A DNA stretch of 64,000 nt from Heteronotia binoei (Eukaryota), in NCBI RefSeq assembly GCF_032191835.1, contig NC_083226.1:16864001-16928000 (forward strand), in the 5' to 3' direction. Positions 10,878 through 22,132 of the stretch are shown here, piece by piece. The notes under the pieces are model-generated. The model did no database searches. It was given only the letters and a program-made list of their open reading frames with translations, and had not been told where the DNA came from. How positions within the stretch are numbered: position 1 is the first letter of the stretch; each line of letters begins with the position of its first letter. Position numbers and translations under genes: made by a program.

Positions 10878-11264
10878 NNNNNNNNNNNNNNNNNNNNNNN
10901 NNNNNNNNNNNNNNNNNNNNNNNNNNNNNNNNNNNNNNNNNNNNNNNNNNNNNNNNNNNNNNNNNNNNNNNNNNNNNNNNNNNNNNNNNNNNNNNNNNNN
11001 NNNNNNNNNNNNNNNNNNNNNNNNNNNNNNNNNNNNNNNNNNNNNNNNNNNNNNNNNNNNNNNNNNNNNNNNNNNNNNNNNNNNNNNNNNNNNNNNNNNN
11101 NNNNNNNNNNNNNNNNNNNNNNNNNNNNNNNNNNNNNNNNNNNNNNNNNNNNNNNNNNNNNNNNNNNNNNNNNNNNNNNNNNNNNNNNNNNNNNNNNNNN
11201 NNNNNNNNNNNNNNNNNNNNNNNNNNNNNNNNNNNNNNNNNNNNNNNNNNNNNNNNNNNNNNNN
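10878..11264. other. Assembly gap (387 N)
   Basis: Run of N. Confidence 1.
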
Positions 11265-11926
11265 CACAGAGTGTTGGACTGGATGGACCACTGGCCTGAT
11301 CCAACAGGGCTTCTCTTATGTTCTTATGTGACGCAGAGTGTTGGACTGGATGGGCCACTGGCCTGATCCAACAGGGCTTCTCTTATGTTGTTATGTGACG
11401 CAGAGTGTTGGACTGGATGGGCCACTGGCCTGATCCAACAGGGCTTCTCTTATGTTGTTATGTGAGGCAGAGTGTTGGACTGGATGGGCCACTGGCCTGA
11501 TCCAACAGGGCTTCTCTTATGTTGTTATGTGACGCAGAGTGTTGGACTGGATGGGCCACTGGCCTGATCCAACAGGGCTTCTCTTATGTTGTTATGTGAC
11601 GCAGAGTGTTGGACTGGATGGGCCACTGGCCTGATCCAACAGGGCTTCTCTTATGTTCTTATGTGACGCAGAGTGTTGGACTGGATGGGCCACTGGCCTG
11701 ATCCAACAGGGCTTCTCTTATGTTCTTATGTGACGCAGAGTGTTGGACTGGATGGGCCACTGGCCTGATCCAACAGGGCTTCTCTTATGTTCTTATGTGA
11801 CGCAGAGTGTTGGACTGGATGGGCCACTGGCCTGATCCAACAGGGCTTCTCTTATGTTCTTATGTGACGCAGAGTGTTGGACAGGATGGGCCACTGGCCT
11901 GATCCAACAGGGCTTCTCTTATGTGA
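11265..11926 (+). repeat. 67-bp tandem array (at least 10 copies) of the CR1 LINE 3' terminus
   Basis: Unit gcagagtgttggactggatgggccactggcctgatccaacagggcttctcttatgttnttatgtgac matches the CR1 ends at about 35065-35123 and 47565-47625. Confidence 0.92.
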
Positions 11927-12055
11927 CAATACTGACTTTGGTGGACCCAAGCACTGATTCAGTGTAAGGGAGCTTTGTGTTTGTGACTGGAGTAGACAAT
12001 ACTGACTTTGGTGGACCCAAGCACTGATTCAGTGTAAGGGAGCTTTGTGTTTGTG
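11925..12055 (+). repeat. 70-bp duplication of a Squam2-like SINE tail
   Basis: gacaatactgactttggtggacccaagcactgattcagtgtaagggagctttgtgtttgtg at 11925 and 11995. Confidence 0.8.
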
Positions 12056-13055
12056 TCTTCTAGTGCAATTTTGTTCTCAGATCCTGTATTTACTTCATCA
12101 GTATATGGGATAAGGCACTTTCTCAACTGTGCTGCATAATGCAGCCTATTTATTTTGTCCTGTTGGCTCTGTTGGCTCTATCTGCGCCACCTTCATCACT
12201 TTCGGGGTGTGGATCCCCCAGTGGAGTGGTCTCCCGACTCCCTCCGCCGGCTGTTTCTGATAGCCCTGCGCCCCCTCTTTCATTTGATATGTGTCCCGTG
12301 CGGGTGCCACCCTCCCGCCGGGAGATGCCGCAAAATGAGCCCCCTTGAGGCTTATGGCGGCAGGGCTCGGGGAAGCGAGCTAGACTGCTGTTCTTTTGAG
12401 GGGTTATAGAGTGTTTCGAGCCCGTCCCTGTGGCATCGGTCCCATCATTGTGGGGCGAGGGGGCCGGCGCAGCGGCACGCTGAAGCAGCCTGTCGGTCAC
12501 TTCCAGGTTCCTGTCCTGCATCTTGACCGGTGTTATTAGTGACAGGCTGCTTCGGCACCCCCCCAGTGTCCCTGGCTGGCCTTCAGACATTATGGTCACC
12601 CTATCCAAGCTATAGCTCTATACAGAAAGACAACAGATGGGGGAATAGTGATGCCAAACTTGCCATATTCTAAATTGAAAAAAAATGAACAAATATTGGA
12701 CAATATTTTTATATTGATGCTATTAAAATATTTTGGCAGTAATGTGCGCAGGCGGTGGGGTGGGGGAGGGACAGAACTGGATATTTTGTGGTAGTTTTGG
12801 ATTTTCTTGTTCTTCTGTTTCTACTGTTAATAAACAATGGGGGAAAGTTTTTAAAATGCTTCTAACTAGAAACCGTAGAACTAAAGTAAGGAGCAGAAGG
12901 ACTTTTTGCCTCGGGTTCAGGCAGGTCTGTAGCTACGAGTGGGCCTGTTGGGGCATAGCCCCCTGACTACTAAGCAGGGCCCCCTGACTTGGGCCCCCTA
13001 ACCAGCCTCCAGTTCCTTGGCTGCATCCTTCTCCATTCTGCCGTCCTCATACACA

Positions 13056-13456
13056 GTTGCTTCTGCTTGGTTAGGGGCCGGAAGAATTCTCTGACCCCTC
13101 AGTAAGCAGAAACAACAGGCCACTTTCAGAGCCCAGGACTGAAAGTTAAGCTCCGAGTTGCTTCTGCTTGCTTAGGGGTTGGACGAATTCTCTGACCCCT
13201 CAGCAAGCAGAAACAACAGGGCACTTTCAGCCCCCAGGACTGAAAGTTAAGCTCCCAGTTGCCTCTGCTTGCTCAGGGGTTGGAAGAATTCTCTGACCCC
13301 TCAGCAAGCAGAAACAAGGGGGCACTTTCGGAGCCCAGGACTGAAAGTTAAGCGCCACCTTGCTTCTGCTTGCTTAGGGGCTGGAAGAAATCGCTGACCC
13401 CTCAGCAAGCAGAAACAACGGGGGACTTTCAGCGCCCAGGCTGAAAGTTAAGCTCC
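13056..13456. repeat. 4 x 101-bp tandem repeat, each unit containing two hairpins
   Basis: Units start at 13056, 13157, 13258 and 13359. Confidence 0.92.
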
Positions 13457-14914
13457 ACATTGGGCTGACGTTGGGCTAGAGGGCGCGTGCAAGAAGAGGC
13501 CGTTCTGGCCCTCAAGTGGGGCGGTGGGGGTAGGGGTGGTGGAGGGCTCCATTGCAGACAGGGCAGGGTAGGGTAGACTGGCGCACACAAGTGAAGGTCC
13601 CGGCTGCAGTCCGGGGCTGGGGATCAGTGGAGAGGTGATGTTCACCTGACAGGAAGAAATCGGAATTGGAGGTCTTGTAGCCCCAGAAGTCAGTTGTGAC
13701 TTGGTGGCGCCTTTCACCGCCCCCCCCTTGTTCCGCTGGGCTTGTCTAGCTGGATCATGCTACAGGTAAGGGCAGGAGACCGTGCGGCACATATCTAAAC
13801 CTCTGAGTGGATCCCCACCAGAGCTGCTTTGAGGAGGGGTGGAAAGGAATCACCTTAGGGCAGCTGTGGGAGCGGGGAGGCTGTATGGCAGCGAGCTGTC
13901 AGCTTTCCTCCTCAGCGGTGGTAGGAGAGAAGGCCATGGAGGTTGGGGCCACTATGTGCCCCCTGAAAGCCATCAGGGCCCCCCAATTCTTCAAATCTTG
14001 GCTACGGGACTGGGTTCAGGGTCAGTGGCTACGGCTTTCTGTTTTCTAGGAGGACGGCCGACTCTGGGCAGGGTCCTCCCCAGAAGCCTGTAGAACAGAA
14101 AGAGGGGGGGGGAGGCAGTGGAATGGTTACAAATTGTACTTTTACACCTGGGAGATCTTGCACATTTTGTGTGGATCCCTTTAGCGTGGCTGCAGCTTCC
14201 TGTGCTCTAGGAGGATGGCCACTCTCCACAGCATTTCCCAAGAAGCCTGGGGAACAGGAAGGGGGGGGGGGGTTAAGGGCTTCAAAGGGTACTTTCCAGC
14301 GTCTTCACCGAGGACAAAGAGGGGGGCTCCGGTGGGACAACCTGAAGCTCATATGAGAGAATATTTTGCATTAAGGGTTGCCTCCCTAGGAACTCCGCTG
14401 CCTCTTCACAACACAGGCACGCTGGGCATGGCTTTGTGCCACTAGCACCTGCCTGGCATCCTCGTGCCGGTGCAGCCGGAGAGAAGCAGCAGCCGGCAGA
14501 GGGCAGGCCCCTCCACTCCCTCATCACTTCTCTTGGAAGGACTGAGCTGCAGGGGCATCTCCTGTGTGGAGACTCAAATCGACCTTTCCCACCTTCACAT
14601 CTGGGGCAGGGGGATTGTTCTGAATCTTTTTTTCCAGGCTAATTGTACTGACGAGCAGGCTCCGAGTATCAGGAACCAGAAGAATGCCTGGATGGAGCCG
14701 TCCAGTCCAAAGGTCCAGATTCCAGAAAGGCAGACCAGGCAGCTTCAGTGGTTGACCAAGGAAGGCGGGGAATGTTGAGGAAGCAGCGATGGCTGGGCTA
14801 ATAAATAGGGGCGCCAGCGCTGGTTTTGGGAAATACTGGGAAACTGGTGGATGGAAACTGGGCAGGGTGGGCTTTGGCCACGGAGGAACCTCAGCACGGT
14901 ATAATGCCATAGAG

Positions 14915-15050
14915 CAGGGGTGGCCGACGGTAGCTCTCCAGATGTTTTTTGCCTGCTACTCCCATCAGCCTCAGCCATTGGTCATGCTGGCTGGGGCTGA
15001 TGGGAGTTGTATGCAAAAAACATCTGGAGAGCTACCGCTGGCCACCCCTG
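14915..15050. mobile_element. Palindromic hAT MITE
   Basis: caggggtggcc TIRs; perfect TSD ccatagag. Confidence 0.9.
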
Positions 15051-15819
15051 CCATAGAGCCCATCTTTCAGAACAGCCACTTTCTCCAGAACAGATCGCTG
15101 TCTGTAGACCACTTATAATTCTGGGCACTCACCCCCCCCCCCTTAAGGCTGGCAACCCTTCTAATGGAGCTCAATCTAGTCCAGACAGGTGCTCTTGACT
15201 GGTTTGGGCACTGATCAGAGGTCTGGAAGACAGCCTCCTTCAGCAGGACAGTTAGGGGGGACTCGGAGACGGGAAGGCAGATCTCTGCTGCAGTGGCTGG
15301 ATAGCACCTTTCCTCCTGCTTCCGCCAATTCCCCATGGGTGGCTCTTCCCTGAGAAACGGGGTCCAATCTCTGGCCGTTGTAAGCCTTCTGCAAGGGAGT
15401 GGGGATGGGGGTGCAGAGGAAGGGATGCATGGGGGGAGATTCAGAACTAGCAGGGGGACAGAGGTTGGGATTTTTGGGGGTCCCATTGTGCATCACTTTA
15501 ATACTTACCAACCCTGAACTTCCTTTGCCACATTGTCACCTGCTCACCCAGTTTGTGGCCACCCTCTGGTGTGATCGAGGCTTGGTGGGTTTCTGTTCAG
15601 ACTCAGGTTTTCTCCCCCAGTGCAGTGGGGGAGGCACGACTTTGTGAGGAAATCCTGCCCCATGGCACCTGCTCCCCCTCCTCCTCAAAGTGGGGCTTTG
15701 GGAAGAGGGGTTGAGATCCAGGCTTCAATTCAAACGTGGTTGTGGAGGGCGACTTGAGGATAAACTGGAGGGGGCTTGATGCCCGTTTCCTAACCGGGGA
15801 GGGGGGGATTCATCTAGAA

Positions 15820-15943
15820 CAGGGGTGGCCAACGGTAGCTCTCCAGATGTTTTTTTGCCTACAACTCCCATTGGCCATGCTGGCTGGGGCTGATGGGAGT
15901 TGTAGGCAAAAAACATCTGGAGAGCTACCACTGGCCACCCCTG
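15820..15943. mobile_element. Palindromic hAT MITE
   Basis: caggggtggcc TIRs; perfect TSD atctagaa. Confidence 0.9.
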
Positions 15944-15959
15944 ATCTAGAAGAGCTGGA

Positions 15960-17100
15960 TCACCGCCAGGCGCGGAGCTGCCAATGATGGAGGTGTGGGG
16001 CTGTTGCTTTGGGGGCAATCGGGGGCTCAGGAGGGCCCACCGGCAATCCCTGGCAGCCCACCGGGAGAAGCGGGCAGCATTCAGCTCTAGTTCCCGCCTG
16101 GTTCCTCCCACCTGCGGCCAGGAGAGGTGTGCGCGGGAGGGCGCAGAGGGGCGGCCCCCCCGACTTCCCCCCGCCCCCGAGGAGGCCTCTGGAGGGAGGG
16201 AGGGCCGTGCAGGGGCGCCTTTTCCGAGGGAGCGCAGCGCGGCCGCCCCACAGACGGGCTCTCCCTGCCTTCTGCTGCCGCCCAGAGCTCCTCGCCCGCC
16301 CCGTCCATGGCGCCACCGCCCCTCCTGCTGCTGCTGCTGCCGCCAGCCCTGCTGGGGGTGCCCTCCGCCGCCTCCTCCGCCCAGGCCAGCGCCGCCCCGT
16401 CGGGGGACCTGACTTTGGGGGTGCTGCTGCCGGGGCGCAACGTGAGCTACCCCTGGGCCTGGCACCGCATCAAACCCGCCCTGAGCCTGGCGCTGGAGGC
16501 CCAGCTGCGCCCCCCAGGCCTCGCCCTCCGCACCGCCTTCGCCTCCACCGAGGGCCGGGATGGCGACTGCAACCGCTATGTGGCCCTGTGGGAGGCCGCG
16601 AAGCTGAAGTGCTTCCACGACCCGGACGTGCTGCTGGGGCCGGGCTGCGGCCACCCAGGCTACTCAGTGGGGCGCTTAGCCCAGCACTGGCAGCTGCCGC
16701 TCCTTCGAGCCGGGGCCTATGCAAGAAGACGCGCAGATCTCGGCAGCGCGGTGGTGTACGCCGGTCCCCTGGGGCCTGCCCTATTCGCCTTCGTGCCCCG
16801 GCTGCACCGGCGCTTCAACTGGACCTCCCGCGCCGTCCTTGTGTACGCTGAGAAGCTCCATGACTGGCAATACCATTACGCCTTCTTCAAGCGACTTGAA
16901 GAGGCCGTCTGGATCGCCGACTTCCACCGATATGGGCAGCCCGAGGAGACGGTCCGGTTCATCCGGGCCAAGGGGCGAGGTAAGCCAGCCCCCCCCGCCC
17001 CGCCCGCCCATCCGGAGCCGCCTCTCCCGCCCTGGGAGCGGCCCCTGCCCCCACCCCTCTGGGGCACCGATCCAGGGCTTTCTTTCTGCGGGGAAACGCG
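15960..17100 (+). promoter_or_regulatory. CpG island / promoter of NPR2-like copy 2
   Basis: Very high GC and CpG density around ATG 16307 (Kozak ccgtccATGG); GC boxes upstream. Confidence 0.75.
16307..16979 (+). CDS. NPR2-like copy 2, exon 1 (signal peptide plus ANF-receptor ligand-binding domain)
   Basis: MAPPPLLLLLLPPALLG signal peptide; LTLGVLLP, YPWAWHRIKPALSLALE, HDPDVLLGPGC, HWQLPLL, FNWTSRA and FIRAKGR match NPR2/NPR1 exon 1; donor G|gtaagc, 673 nt. Confidence 0.95.
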
Positions 17101-17167
17101 GCTGAACGGAGTTCCTGGACCTCTTGGGGGAAACAAGATTATTATTTTTTTAAATGTCCAAATGTCG

Positions 17168-17425
17168 GGACCAGTTTGGTGCAGTGGTTGAGCCTGCCCA
17201 CTCTTATCTGGGAGAACCGGGTTTGATCCCCACTCCTCCACTGGCACCTGCTGGAATGGCCTTGGGTCAGCCATAGCTCTCATAGGAGTTGTCCCTGAAA
17301 GGGCAGCTGCTGTGAGAGCCCTCTCAGCCCCACCCACCTCACAGGGTGTCTGTTGTGGAGGGGGGGGGGGAGATTGTGGCTGCTCTGAGATTGAGAGAAA
17401 AGGGCAGGATATAAATCCAATCTCA
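17168..17425 (+). mobile_element. tRNA-derived SINE with L2-like tail (Squam3-type); further copies at 38755-38965(-), 48088-48365, 49820-50085(-), 55730-56000 and 57868-58155
   Basis: cagtttggtgtagtggtt A-box, gggtttgattcccc B-box, tail cccacctcacagggtgtctgttgtgggg...gatataaat. Confidence 0.85.
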
Positions 17426-19836
17426 TCTTCATTTCCCTCTGGAGACTTCTGGCCCCTCTTTTTCGGAGGGGGGACCCTGACAGCCCCTCTCCCAATCTTC
17501 AAGAGAGGAGGGAAGGCCGTGGGTGAGGAAGGCATGTTGTGGAGGGCGAGAAGGCAGTGGGCCTAGAGATGCACATCGAACAGAAGGGGGCAGTCAGTGT
17601 CTTCTGGGAAGGGAGCCCCTCCCCCAGGCCTCCCTCCAGCCTCAGCTCCCTCCTCCCACACTTAAGAAAAAGCTGGTGTACTTCTTGCAGTGGCTGTAGG
17701 ACATAATTTTCACTCACAAATCCACAGAGGTTCGTTGCCTCTGAATGTATTCCAGTATTTTCTCTGTTATTTTCCCAATTTTTTTTAGACCTGGAAAACA
17801 GGTATTTTGTGAGTTTGCGGCAACTGTGGTGTGGACTTGCCCAGTGCTCTGGAGGCTTCTTGCCTCAAGCTGATTCTTGGCTTCATGAGGTTTTTCTCGC
17901 TCACCTCATGGTAGCTCACTGGGGGTTTTTCGTAGAAATAATTATAGGGAAACATTAAAAAAAAAACAATTGCAGTGGCCTTAGGGAACAATTCAAGCCC
18001 CTCTCCCTTTTAGGGAACAACTTGATTTTATTTACTTTACTGATTCCACCTCTTTACCCCCAGTGAGGACCTCCAGCATCTGACCTGTTTCTTCCGTCAC
18101 CCATGTTATGTCTCACAACAGCCCTGTGAGGGAGGCTAGGCTGAGAGTGTGGGACTGGGCCAAGGTCTCTCAACGAGCTTCTGTGGTGTGGGGGGAGCGG
18201 GTTTGAACCTTGGATTCCCAGAACCTTCTCTAGGAATACAACCTTTTTATTAAAGGCGGAGCTTGGTAGAATGCGTACACAAATTCTAAAGCTATGGAAG
18301 GATCCATATTTTTAATGAATTTTGTACCACTGAAGCACCATGAAATATGTGGTTTTTGTGATGAAGTTCATTGACAAGAGTGTGATATGTGTTCAGAATT
18401 TGGACTGGGATGGAGTCCAAGTGAAATAAGAACACCAAAAGGGCACCCACTTTTTTATACCATGGCAGCGCTATGAAATGCTGGATCCATGATTTTGATG
18501 GTTTTGTTCGCGGCAAGCTGTGATACAACCGATGTACTCTGTTGTTTCAGTAGCCCTGTACATCTCTGTGGTATAAATGTGTGTCCAGCCCATTGTACAG
18601 GCATACATCCATCTCTAAGGAAGATTTGGGGAACTAGTACTGGATAAACCTAGAGTTTGTACCACACGTTCAGCTATGGATCCGATAAGTGTAACACAAG
18701 ACTTACTCAGCACACTTACAAAGAACAATCAGGTACACTCTGCATTAGGATTGTAAGTGTGTCCGGGGTGACTTGTGAGCAGGACTTGAGTAAAAATAGT
18801 ATGAATTCATGAAGATCCGTCCCCTGAATCCATGTTTTTTCACCATGATGCTGACCACAGAACTGGATACGTGTTTTCCTTTGTGCAGTTTGTGGACATC
18901 AGTGGATTCTGTACACTTTTTGTGTGTGTTGTGGGGTCTGATGTAAAAATCATGAAGAAACGTCAAGATTTCTACCTTGACTCCATTTTTTTGGCTCGAT
19001 GGTGGTGTCAGGAAGTGTTGGATCTTTATTATCTCATGTTCCGTCTATAGACTTTGAGATATAGACCTTTGCAGTGAATTTCAGTAGAGTCAGGGGCCCC
19101 ACCATGCCCCCCCTCCGCAGCACCCTCACAGTCCCACCACCCACACCCTTCTGCCCCCCCACCGAGGGCGTGTGCCACATAGGGGGGTGGGGAGGGTGTG
19201 CGCGGCAGCCATGCGACGGCCAGGCAACGTTCTGAGCCCACAGAGGCTGCACGCCATCCAGCTACTGTCGCTCCGCGGAGGCAGAGGTGGAGGGACAGCG
19301 ATCGGACAGTGTGTGGGCCTCTGCAGTGCTCAGAGTCTTGCTGGGGCCCGTGGAGGTTGGAAGGGTGCATGCGACTGGACAGAGAGGGTGCCACAGAGGA
19401 GGTTGGCAGGGTAACGGATGGCGAGTGGCTCTCCTCCCGGGTGATATCAATCACCGGGGGGGCAATTGGGTCCCCCCGCACCCCAGGCATGTGCCTAATT
19501 TGCCTACAGGTGGGTCACCACCGAGTGCAGCCCACGTAAAAGTGATGAGAATCCATCCACCATGGCGCCATGAATTGCTCGGTCCATGAGCTTTAAAGTG
19601 CAGTCTGGGAAAATGTCCTCCTTGATTGACGCGGGTGAGGAGGACACCTGGCTGCCAGCACTGGGGAGGGGGGACTGCAACACAATGCTCATGTGACAAG
19701 GAGCCAACGAGCCAGATAATGCAGAGCATCCTAAGTCAAACCTTGCGCTTCATGCTCATTGCCCCTCACTGCCTGCCCTCTGCTCCTTGCTTGCGTCTGA
19801 CACACACTCCTCTGGGTGGGGGTGGTTTCTCCTTAG

Positions 19837-20039
19837 TGGTCTACATCTTGGGGCCCCATAAGATGTTGCAGGAGATCATGCACCAGGCACAGGCTCAGAA
19901 CATGACCAGCGGTGACTACGTCTTCATCTACCTGGACATTTGGGGGGGAAGCCTGAGAGCTGAGGGGCATCGTGAGGCCAAGAAGCCCTGGCAGAGCATG
20001 GAGAGCCAAGATACAGGAGTCCTCCGAGAGGCCTTCCAG
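19837..20039 (+). CDS. NPR2-like copy 2, exon 2
   Basis: ttag|TG...CAG|gtaaga, phase 1 to 0; VVYILGPHKMLQEIMHQAQAQNMTSGDYVFIYLD...LREAFQ. Confidence 0.95.
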
Positions 20040-20142
20040 GTAAGACCAGGACTCTGCTGCAGGGAGGGAAGGAAGGAAAGGGAGACTTGGGAGCAGAGTT
20101 CCAACCAGCTGGAGCTCCCTTGACCTTTTCCTCTAATTGCAG

Positions 20143-20256
20143 ACGGTGCTGGTGGTCGCTGCTCATGAGCCCCAAACCCCTGAATACCGGCGTTTCCAGA
20201 GCCAGCTGGTCCAGCGTGCCCAGAGGGACTTTGGTGTGGCTGTGAATGACTCCGTG
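20143..20256 (+). CDS. NPR2-like copy 2, exon 3
   Basis: gcag|ACG...GTG|gtaaat, 114 nt; TVLVVAAHEPQTPEYRRFQSQLVQRAQRDFGV. Confidence 0.95.
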
Positions 20257-21174
20257 GTAAATCTACACACCCCTGCTTGCATGCCTTCTTCTGCACTCTT
20301 ATTATGGGAGGGAGTGAAGAGCCCTTTATGAGAAGTGAGGAGAGACAGATCAGCCAGCCTTCCGGGGCCACAAACACTTTCCCCCTTGGCCTTGTGGAAG
20401 AAACGACCCAGGAGAATCCCCAGGGTTGGGGTTGAGGAAGGCAGCTACGGCTTGGCTTTGCAGGTGGGTCACCAGGGTTGGCTTGATAGGTGGAGGTCAG
20501 AATTTGCCCCTGGTCATGCAGGATGTTTGCAGTGGTCGCCTTGGCAGTTCTCTCTTCTGGGCAACCCCTGTGGCTTCCTCCCACCTGGCTTTCTCAGTCA
20601 CTGTCCTGAGTGCCTTCTCAGTTGTGCTCCCTGTGCTGGGTGGTTCAGTCTCGGGGCTGTCCACTTCGCCCTCCCCGTTTCCTCACATTCACTGCCCACA
20701 CCCAGCATGGACACAAGTGTTCTGCCTTCCTTGTGTGCTTTAAGGCTTGCCTCTTGTCAGCCAGGTCTGGACTGCTCTTCCCTCCCAGCGGATGCTGTCG
20801 TCCCTCCAGGCGTCTCCTCCATGTCATAGTTGAAGAGGGGTGAATCCCAGGCCTTGTATCTCTGGTGGGCTGCCAGTTCTAAGCTTGCTTGAGGCATGGT
20901 GGTCACCAAACCCACACAGACCCTTGATTCCCAGCTTCAGACCCCTGCCCCAGCTAAAGAGTAGCTGCTGGTCTGGAGCCATTCAGGGGCCCTCTGGCTC
21001 CCAGATATTTGAGCTTAGACCATCAGGGGCCACCACATGTCACTTCACATGACTCCAATAGCAGAGTTCTGTCTAGATTGTCCTTCAGGTCCAAGGCAGT
21101 GGCTGCCAGTGAGGCTGCGGGGAACAAGATCGTTCCATTCCGTTTCTCTCCCTCTCTCTCTCCCCCTGTGGCAG

Positions 21175-21310
21175 GGGACGCTGGTGGCCGGCTGCTTCCA
21201 CGACGTGCTGCTGCTGTATCTCAAGGCCCTGAACGAGACGCTGCAGGAAGGTGGAACCAAGCGGAACACCAGCCACATCCTGGAGAAGATGAGGGGACTG
21301 AAATTCCAGG
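21175..21310 (+). CDS. NPR2-like copy 2, exon 4
   Basis: 136 nt, phase 0 to 1; GTLVAGCFHDVLLLYLKALNETLQEGGTKRNTSHILEKMRGLKFQ. Confidence 0.95.
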
Positions 21311-22132
21311 GTATTGGAGGCTTGCCATGGGGGAAAGAGTGGCTGGGGGTTGGGGGACGGGGAGGTTGCCAGGAATTTGGGACTGGGGGTTGGGGGGAGG
21401 CAGCAAGTGGGTGCCCTGGGCTGAGACAGATCAGGCCAGGAGGGGGTGGGAATGGCAGAAGGGGGCTGGCTTTAGAGAGGAGCTGCCCCAGAGCCCGTCC
21501 AAGAGGTTAACTCAGCCATGGGTCACGAATGACAATGGATGCTGGGATCCTCAAAGAAGAAGAGTTTTTTCATGCCCCGCCCTTCACTACCCGGAGGAGC
21601 CTCGAAGGGGCTTCCAATCACCTTCCCTTCCTCTTCACACAACAGGCACTCTGTGAAGTAGGTGGGCGGGGCTGAAACTAGGCAGGGGCCGTGGGGGCAG
21701 CGCCCTCTCCCAAATCTGCCAGACACGCCCACTCCTGATCCCCTGACCCCCCTCTCGTTTATGCTCCTTTAATTAAATTAGCACCCCCTGGAGCCCCCTC
21801 CAGAAAAAAAATCCTAGATACGGGCCTGTGGCTGAGAGAACTCTGAGGGAACTATGGCTGGCCCTGGGTCACCCAGCTGGCTTCATGTGGGAGAGGACTA
21901 GAGAATCGAACCCGGTTCTCCAGATTAGAGTCCACTGGTCTTAACCACTACACCAGGGGTAGGGAACGTTGGCTCTCCAGATGTTTTTTTGCCTACAACT
22001 TTCATCAGCACCAGCCATTGGCCATGCTGGCTGGGGCTGATGGGAGTTGTAGGCGAAAAACATCTGGAAAGCCAATGTTCCTACCCCTGCACTACACCAA
22101 ACTGCCTCTCCCTCCCTGCCCCCCCCTTCCAG

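Larger units (their letters stand above)
9379..12603. mobile_element. Composite non-autonomous hAT element
   Basis: TIRs tagggtggcca / tggtcacccta; perfect 8-bp TSD tccaagct at 9371-9378 and 12604-12611. Confidence 0.85.
8430..12730 (+). mobile_element. Degraded L1 ORF2 (RT region), split by the 9379-12603 insertion
   Basis: KAFDRLE, KIGLYTDDIILF and KYLGVQIT motifs; DFIWNNKRPQVQA|IALYRKTTDGGIVMPNL reads continuously across the insertion. Confidence 0.8.

Noticed and set aside
9452-11366. Five very long ORFs (250-630 aa) on both strands
   Set aside because: They arise from a stop-poor GC-rich repeat whose 165-bp period is a multiple of 3, and some run through N; the translations are repetitive with no domain.
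11265-13456. CRISPR-like arrays
   Set aside because: These are pure tandem repeats without unique spacers, in eukaryotic DNA.
16127-17191. 354-aa single ORF as the full protein
   Set aside because: The true start is ATG 16307 (Kozak context, signal peptide), and the part after 16979 is intron read-through.
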